NCBI GenBank assembly: GCA_048267045.1
Contig: JBLWYG010000002.1
Span: forward strand, 2,977-66,976
Reading direction: 5' to 3'
Length of the DNA: 64,000 nt
Origin: Roseovarius sp.
GTDB lineage: Bacteria > Pseudomonadota > Alphaproteobacteria > Rhodobacterales > Rhodobacteraceae
The notes beneath the pieces were generated by a model. It was not told the DNA's origin, ran no database searches, and saw only the letters and a list, made by a program, of their open reading frames with translations. Positions 58,060 through 64,000 of this stretch are shown here, in pieces. The first letter of the stretch is position 1. The number at the start of each line of letters is the position of its first letter. Both the position numbers and the translations under genes were made by a program.

Positions 58060-58968
58060 ATGATTGCGCGCCTGACCCACCGCCAGATCGAGGCCTTTCG
58101 GGCCGTGATCGAAACCGGCAAGATCACCGCGGCAGCCGGGGTGCTGGGCACCACGCAACCCTCCATCAGCAAGTTGATTGCCGATCTGGAACAGGCAGCC
58201 GGATTCGATCTGTTCGAGCGGCGCGGCCGCCTGGTTGCGCCGACGCCCGAGGCGCTGGCCCTCTATGAGGAGGTCGAGCGATCCTTCGTCGGCATGTCCG
58301 AGATTTCGCGCGTCATCGAGGATATCCGGGATTTCCGCAAGGGCAGCCTGCTGATCGCCGGAATGCCGGCGCTGGCGCTGAAACTGCTGCCCGACGTCAT
58401 CGCGCAATTCATCGCCGAAGAACCCGGCATCACCGTGTCCCTGCGCACCCGCAGTTCGCAGGCCGTTTTGCAGCATCTCAGCTCGCAGCAATTCGATCTT
58501 GGCTTTGCGGCGCTGGAAAAGGACCATCCGGCAGTCATTCGCAAGCCGATCTTTACGGCGCCCATGCTCGCGGTTCTGCCGATTGGCCATGAGCTTGAAT
58601 GCAAGGATGTTCTGGAGCCTGCCGACCTTGACCAGCAACCGTTCATCGCGCTCGGGGCCGAAATCGGGACGCGATCCGAGACTGACCTGTTCCTGTCGGC
58701 GGCTGGCGCACGCCCCCGGATTGTGGCCGAAGCGCAGCTGTCCGCGTCCATTTGCGAGCTGGTGGCGGCCGGTGCCGGTGTCTCCATCGTCGAGCCGGTC
58801 ACAGCCACGCATTTCGCGAATGCAGGGCGTATCACTGTGCGTCCGCTCGTGCCGGAACAGCCGTTCCGCTATGATTTACTGTTGCCGGCCCTGCGAAACC
58901 CATCCCGCGTCGCGCGCCGCTTTCTGGAGCTCGTCGAGGACCGCTTTGCAATGGTCCTCGTGACGTGA
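58060..58968 (+). CDS. LysR-family regulator (OccR/NocR/LysR-like)
   Basis: LTHRQIEAF, TQPSISKLIADLE, FERRGR, PTPEA. Confidence 0.93.
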   Translation: MIARLTHRQIEAFRAVIETGKITAAAGVLGTTQPSISKLIADLEQAAGFDLFERRGRLVAPTPEALALYEEVERSFVGMSEISRVIEDIRDFRKGSLLIAGMPALALKLLPDVIAQFIAEEPGITVSLRTRSSQAVLQHLSSQQFDLGFAALEKDHPAVIRKPIFTAPMLAVLPIGHELECKDVLEPADLDQQPFIALGAEIGTRSETDLFLSAAGARPRIVAEAQLSASICELVAAGAGVSIVEPVTATHFANAGRITVRPLVPEQPFRYDLLLPALRNPSRVARRFLELVEDRFAMVLVT

Positions 58969-59112
58969 GAGGGATGTTTCTTGCCACCGCCTGTCGCCTC
59001 TGCTTACGCGATCCGGTGGTCTTGCGAGGATGCGGCGTTTTTCGGGGCGGCTCTTGCTGTCATTGCAAAAGCAGCTGAATCCGGCGCATGGTGGGCGAAA
59101 AGGGAGGCGCCG

Positions 59113-59922
59113 TTGAAGATCGCGCTTTGGCAAACCAAGCCGCAGCATGACACAAGCCAGGCCCTGGCCGCGCTGGATCGGATGGCGCAGCGTGCCCGGA
59201 CCGAGGGTGCCGATCTGATCGTGACCCCGGAAATGGTGTTGGGCGGCTACAATGTCGGCCCGGACAGGTGCAAGGCACTGGCCGCGTCGGCGGGCGAGCT
59301 GACGGAGGCGCTGAAATCCATCGCCAAAACGCATGACATCGCGCTGGTCGTGGGCATCGCCCTGCCGGGGCCGGACGGCCCATATAACGGCGCCATCGTG
59401 CTGGACGCGGCGGGGGCCGAGCGGCATCGCTATCACAAGACCCATCTCTACGGCGATGTTGATCGAACCCAATTCGCTGCAGGCGGGGCGCTGTCTGGGG
59501 TGTTCGAGCTGAACGGCTGGTCTATCGGCCTCGCGATTTGTTACGACATCGAATTTCCCGAAGTCGCCCGCGCCCTTGCCTTGCAAGGGGCCGACGTCAT
59601 GCTGGTGCCAACCGCAAACATGATACCGTTTGACAGTGTCGCCACCCGGCTGGTCCCCGCCCGCGCCGAGGAAAACGCGATCTACGTTGCCTACGCCAAC
59701 TACGTCGGTACCGAAGGGGACTTCGACTACGGCGGCCTGTCCTGTATCTGCGGCCCGGACGGCAACGACCTTGCCCGCGCCCGCCGGACTGCCCCTGATT
59801 TGCTGTTCGCCACTCTGGATCACGACGCGCTCCGGGCCAGCCGCGACCTGCAAAACCATCTCGCTGACCGCCGTCCGGATTTATACGGACGCCCCAATGT
59901 TGAAGGTCTCACCGATGAATAG
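59113..59922 (+). CDS. davA: Carbon-nitrogen hydrolase, DavA (5-aminovaleramidase)-like
   Basis: E-K-C triad: TPEM, YHKTHLYG, ICYDIEFPE; RAEEN..Y..YAN; TTG start with GGGAGG RBS; overlaps davB. Confidence 0.78.
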   Translation: MKIALWQTKPQHDTSQALAALDRMAQRARTEGADLIVTPEMVLGGYNVGPDRCKALAASAGELTEALKSIAKTHDIALVVGIALPGPDGPYNGAIVLDAAGAERHRYHKTHLYGDVDRTQFAAGGALSGVFELNGWSIGLAICYDIEFPEVARALALQGADVMLVPTANMIPFDSVATRLVPARAEENAIYVAYANYVGTEGDFDYGGLSCICGPDGNDLARARRTAPDLLFATLDHDALRASRDLQNHLADRRPDLYGRPNVEGLTDE

Positions 59923-61561
59923 AGTCTCAGTCTTCGGGCCGGATTTTCCGTTTGCCTATGATGATTGGATCACCCACCCCAAGGGGCTGGGCCATCTGCC
60001 GGACATCGCCCATGGCGCCAAGGTGGCGATCATCGGCTCGGGCGCGGCGGGGATCATCGCGGGATACGAGCTGATGAAACTGGGCGTTCAGCCGGTCGTG
60101 TTCGAGGCGGGCCAGTTCGGCGGGCGCTTGCGTTCACAACGCTTTGAGGGTGCCGATGGCGTCATCGCGGAACTGGGCGGCATGCGCTTTCCCGTCTCCT
60201 CCACCGGGTTTTACACCTATGTCGACAAGCTGGGCATCCAGAGCCAGCCGTTCCCCAATCCGCTGACCCCAGCGGCAGGTTCGACCGTTGTCGATCTGCT
60301 GGGCAAAACCCACTATGCCGAAACGCTGGCCGACCTGCCGCCGCTGTTTCACGAAGTCGCCCAAGCCTATGACAAGGCGCTGGAGGACGGCGCAAATTTC
60401 ACCGCGCTGAAACAAGCGATCCGCGACCGGGACAACGCCCGGATCAAGGAAATCTGGAACCCCATCGTCGAGCAATGGGACGAAAGGACCTTCTATGATT
60501 TCGTCGCCTCCTCGGACGCTTTTCAGGCGCTGTCCTTTCATCACCGCGAAGTCTTTGGTCAGGTCGGGTTCGGCACCGGCGGCTGGGATTCCGATTTCCC
60601 CAATTCCATGCTGGAAATCCTGCGCGTCAATGTGACCGAATGTGACGACCATCAACGCTACATGGTTGGCGGGGTCGGTCAGGTTCCGCACAAGCTGTGG
60701 GAACATGCCGCCGACAATATCGTTCACTGGCCCGCGGGCACCACTCTGTCCAAGCTGAACGGCGGAGCCACCCGCTCGGGGGCGACCCGGATCAGGCGGC
60801 AGGGCGACAAATTCGAAGTGACCGATCAGTGGAAGCGGGTCGAGACATTCGACGCCGTGCTTGTCACCTGCCAGAGCCACATGCTGTCCACCGTGATCGA
60901 GACGGAAGAGACCCTCTTTGCCCACGATCTGTGGATGGCGCTGGACCGGACCCGCTATATGCAATCGGCCAAGACATTCGTGATGGTCGACCGCCCCTTC
61001 TGGAAGGACAAGGATCCAAAAACCGGCCGTGATGTCATGTCGATGACGCTGACCGACCGCATGACGCGCGGCACCTATCTGTTCGACAATGGACCGGGTA
61101 AGCCCTCGGTCATCTGCCTCAGCTATTCATGGATGACCGACGCGCTCAAGGTGCTGCCCCTGCCGGTGGAGAAACGCGTGGAACTGGCTCTGTCGTCACT
61201 GGCGAACATATATCCCGACGTGGATATCCGGTCGCATATCCTGGGCGACCCGATCACGGTCAGCTGGGAAGATGACCCCAATTTCCTGGGTGCATTCAAG
61301 GGTGCGCTGCCGGGGCATTACCGCTACAATCACCGGATGTTCGGTCACTTCATGCAAGACGACCTGCCGCCGCACGAACGCGGGATCTTCATGGCGGGCG
61401 ACGGCGTCAGCTGGACACCCGCCTGGGTCGAAGGGGCGGTTCAGACCTCGCTCAACGCAGTTGCCGGAATCATCCGCCATCTGGGCGGCGGATCTCATTC
61501 TGAAAACCCATCACCCTGCGATGCCTATGCCGAATGGGGGCCGGTCAAACTGCCGGACTGA
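59915..61561 (+). CDS. davB: Lysine 2-monooxygenase DavB-like flavin amine oxidase
   Basis: FGPDFPFAYDDW, AELGGMRFPVSS, VGFGTGGWDSDFPNSMLEI, MSMTLTDRMTRGTYL, SWTPAWVEGAVQTSLNAV; closely follows Pseudomonas DavB as I recall it. Confidence 0.85.
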   Translation: MNRVSVFGPDFPFAYDDWITHPKGLGHLPDIAHGAKVAIIGSGAAGIIAGYELMKLGVQPVVFEAGQFGGRLRSQRFEGADGVIAELGGMRFPVSSTGFYTYVDKLGIQSQPFPNPLTPAAGSTVVDLLGKTHYAETLADLPPLFHEVAQAYDKALEDGANFTALKQAIRDRDNARIKEIWNPIVEQWDERTFYDFVASSDAFQALSFHHREVFGQVGFGTGGWDSDFPNSMLEILRVNVTECDDHQRYMVGGVGQVPHKLWEHAADNIVHWPAGTTLSKLNGGATRSGATRIRRQGDKFEVTDQWKRVETFDAVLVTCQSHMLSTVIETEETLFAHDLWMALDRTRYMQSAKTFVMVDRPFWKDKDPKTGRDVMSMTLTDRMTRGTYLFDNGPGKPSVICLSYSWMTDALKVLPLPVEKRVELALSSLANIYPDVDIRSHILGDPITVSWEDDPNFLGAFKGALPGHYRYNHRMFGHFMQDDLPPHERGIFMAGDGVSWTPAWVEGAVQTSLNAVAGIIRHLGGGSHSENPSPCDAYAEWGPVKLPD

Positions 61562-61641
61562 CGGCGCATCTTCAGGCCGCGTTCGGGACGAACGTCAGGT
61601 TGGGGCAGGATATAACGACGCGGTGCGCCGCCTCGCCTGCC

Positions 61642-62451
61642 TCAACGCTGGGACATCTTCTTGCTCCGGTTCATTTGCAAGGCGGCAACGATGATCCCGA
61701 GCGACACCAGACCGATAATGATAGTGGCCAGCGCATTCACATCCGGGCTGACGCCCAGCCGGACCTTGGAAAAGATCACCATCGGCAGGGTCGAGGCACC
61801 GGGGCCCGAGACAAAGCTGGCAACCACCAGATCGTCCAGGCTGAGCGTGAAGGCCAGCAGCCAGCCCGACATCAGCGCCGGCGCGATCACCGGCAGCGTC
61901 ACGTCGAAAAATACCCGCACCGGGCGCGCGCCCAGATCCAGCGCCGCCTCTTCGATGGACAGGTCCATGTCCACCAGCCGCGACTGGATGATGACGGCCG
62001 CATAAGCCGCGCCAAAGGTCGAATGAGCGATGATGATGGTGAGCAGACCGCGCCCGCCGGGCCAGCCGATGACGTTCTCCATCGCCACGAACATCAGCAG
62101 AAGGGACAGGCCGATGATGACCTCGGGCATGACCAGCGGCGCGGTTATCATCATGCTCAGCAGCGTCTTGCTGCGGAAGCGCCGGAACCGGATCAGCACG
62201 AACGACGCCACGGTTCCGATCACGATTGACAGGGTCGCGCTGGCCAGGGCGATGCGCAGGCTGACCCAGGCAGCGTCCAGGATTTGCGGATCGCGGAACA
62301 ACTCGCCATACCACTTGGTCGAGAACCCGCCCCAGACCGTCACCAGCCGACTTTTATTGAAGCTGAAGATCACGAGCGACAGGATCGGTGCATAAAGGAA
62401 GACAAACCCAAGGATACCGACGATGGTGAGGAACCAGGATTTACGTTTCAT
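61642..62451 (-). CDS. potI: Polyamine ABC permease PotI/PotC
   Basis: FNKSRLVTVWGGFSTKWY, PLVMPEVIIG, EAALDLGA, SLDDLV. Confidence 0.9.
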   Translation of the reverse strand: MKRKSWFLTIVGILGFVFLYAPILSLVIFSFNKSRLVTVWGGFSTKWYGELFRDPQILDAAWVSLRIALASATLSIVIGTVASFVLIRFRRFRSKTLLSMMITAPLVMPEVIIGLSLLLMFVAMENVIGWPGGRGLLTIIIAHSTFGAAYAAVIIQSRLVDMDLSIEEAALDLGARPVRVFFDVTLPVIAPALMSGWLLAFTLSLDDLVVASFVSGPGASTLPMVIFSKVRLGVSPDVNALATIIIGLVSLGIIVAALQMNRSKKMSQR

Positions 62452-63380
62452 CAGCGTTCCCCCCCACCTGCTGCCTGCGCGCGGCGCAGCAGCATGATCG
62501 GGATGACCAGCACGAACAGCATCACGATGGCCACGGACGACGCGATGGGCCAATCGCGGTTCGAGAAAAATTCGTTCCACAGGACCTGTCCGATCATCAG
62601 CGTATCAGGCCCACCCAGAAGTGCCGGGATCACGAACTCGCCTACAGCAGGAATGAACACCAGCATGCAGCCGGCAATGATCCCGCTCATCGACAGCGGT
62701 AGGGTAACGGTAAAGAACGTGACGACGGGGCGTGCGCCCAGATCCGCGGACGCCTCGAAATACGCATCGTCCAGCTTCACCAGATTGGCATAAAGCGGCA
62801 GGATCATGAATGGCAGGTAAGTATATACGATTCCTACATAAACCGCGAAATCCGTCTGTAACATCACCAGTGGCTGGTCGATGATCCCGGCGCTCAGCAG
62901 GAAGTTGTTGATGATGCCGTTGCCCTTGAGAAATCCGATCCACGCATAGACGCGCAGCAGGAAGGACGTCCAGAACGGCAAGATGACCAGCATCAGCAGC
63001 AGGTTGCGCCGGTCTGGCGCCGACCGCGCGATCAGATAGGCCATCGGATATCCGATCAGCAGCGCGATGATCGTGGCAATACCAGCTATTTTGGCCGACC
63101 CCAGATAGGCTGCGACATATAGCGGATCGTCTATCAAAAACAGGTAGTTGCCAAAATTCAGGTTTATCGTGAAAAACCCATCGACCCACTCCGTGATCGG
63201 CAGATACGGGGGCCGGGCGATGGCGGCTTCGGACACCGATATTTTCGCAACCACCAGGAACGGGATCAGGAAAAACATCAACAGCCAGATGGTCGGGATG
63301 GCGATGACCAACAAACGCCCCTTGAGGCCCATGCGCCCCAAAACCGTCCCTATCCGCGATCCCAGCGGCAGGCTGCTCAT
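62451..63380 (-). CDS. potH: Polyamine ABC permease PotH/PotB
   Basis: LPFWTSFLLRVYAW, YLPFMILPLY, EASADLGA, FIPAVGEFVIP; TGATG overlap. Confidence 0.9.
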   Translation of the reverse strand: MSSLPLGSRIGTVLGRMGLKGRLLVIAIPTIWLLMFFLIPFLVVAKISVSEAAIARPPYLPITEWVDGFFTINLNFGNYLFLIDDPLYVAAYLGSAKIAGIATIIALLIGYPMAYLIARSAPDRRNLLLMLVILPFWTSFLLRVYAWIGFLKGNGIINNFLLSAGIIDQPLVMLQTDFAVYVGIVYTYLPFMILPLYANLVKLDDAYFEASADLGARPVVTFFTVTLPLSMSGIIAGCMLVFIPAVGEFVIPALLGGPDTLMIGQVLWNEFFSNRDWPIASSVAIVMLFVLVIPIMLLRRAQAAGGGER

Positions 63381-64000
63381 GATGTCACCACGATTCCGGC
63401 GCTGCCGGCCCAGCCCAGATTCACCCGATCCCCATAGGTCAGCGCGCTTTCTTCGGAGCGGGTCAGGTTCGATTGGCTGACTCGCAGGCGTTTGCCGCTG
63501 TCCAGCCGCACCTGATAGACTGACGAATTGCCCATATAGGCAATTTCGTCGATGGTGCCGCTCAGCTTGTTGCGCAGATCGCCCAGATCGTCCTTGCTGA
63601 TCTGCACCTTTTCCGGGCGCACTGCGACGGCAACCTTCTGGCCGATCACGCCGCTGATGCCATGCGGCACGTAAATGTCCATGCCCGCATCGGGCGAGCG
63701 CACCATGACATGATCCTCGCCATCTTCGGTGATCCGGCCTTCGAAGATGTTGACGGAACCTATGAAGTCGGCCACGAACCGGTTTTGCGGGAATTCGTAG
63801 ATCTCGCGCGGTGTGCCGACCTGTACGATTTCACCAGCGGTCATGACACCGATCCGGCTGGACAGGGTCATCGCCTCTTCCTGGTCGTGGGTGACGACGA
63901 CAAAGGTCACGCCCAGGCTCTCTTGGATCTTTATCAATTCGAACTGGGTTTCCTCGCGCAGCTTCTTGTCCAGCGCGCCCAAAGGTTCATCCAGCATCAG
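63377..64000 (-). CDS. potG: Polyamine ABC ATP-binding protein PotG/PotA, C-terminal part (runs off window end)
   Basis: LDEPLGALDKKLRE, VTHDQEEA, FVADFIG, TOBE-like tail. Confidence 0.9.
   Translation of the reverse strand: MMLDEPLGALDKKLREETQFELIKIQESLGVTFVVVTHDQEEAMTLSSRIGVMTAGEIVQVGTPREIYEFPQNRFVADFIGSVNIFEGRITEDGEDHVMVRSPDAGMDIYVPHGISGVIGQKVAVAVRPEKVQISKDDLGDLRNKLSGTIDEIAYMGNSSVYQVRLDSGKRLRVSQSNLTRSEESALTYGDRVNLGWAGSAGIVVTS

Noticed and set aside
59915-61561. Tryptophan 2-monooxygenase IaaM (auxin synthesis)
   Set aside because: Motifs follow DavB, and the partner is a nitrilase-family amidase, whereas IaaH is an amidase-signature enzyme
1-64000. CRISPR array, tRNA/rRNA, prophage, integrase, defence system
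   Set aside because: No regularly spaced repeats, T-loop/anticodon signatures, or phage, recombinase or nuclease motifs seen; a manual scan could miss diverged elements

Overview
High-GC alphaproteobacterial (Rhodobacteraceae/roseobacter-like) chromosomal window. I saw no rRNA, tRNA, CRISPR array, prophage or intact transposase. The first ~5 kb looks like housekeeping genes (mgtE, hisN-like IMPase, XRE regulator, quinone oxidoreductase, BI-1/YccA). The rest is a patchwork of accessory modules: (1) a two-component-regulated PepSY/DUF2271/flavodoxin-FNR/ApbE flavinylation redox system coupled to a P1B-5 ATPase, with two matching regulator boxes; (2) a polar amino-acid ABC + class-III aminotransferase + BKACE + SSAT-like GNAT operon whose enzyme set fits beta-lysine-type catabolism; (3) a Rieske oxygenase + M20 deacylase facing a TmoX-like betaine ABC; (4) a cytoplasmic, human-SELENBP1-like protein paired with a [2Fe-2S] ferredoxin; (5) a TRAP-amidase-2-hydroxyacid dehydrogenase operon; (6) a decay zone at 43.9-46.7 kb with three pseudogenes, a deletion-fusion scar and a 118-bp TA-flanked MITE that has two relatives elsewhere in the window; (7) an Eat-like APC permease surrounded by five unknown membrane proteins; (8) an opine-oxidase-type BCA + ABC operon back-to-back with lysine monooxygenase davAB; (9) the end of a pot polyamine ABC operon. 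Product calls rest on motif recognition by eye, with no database searches. Substrate assignments are inference.
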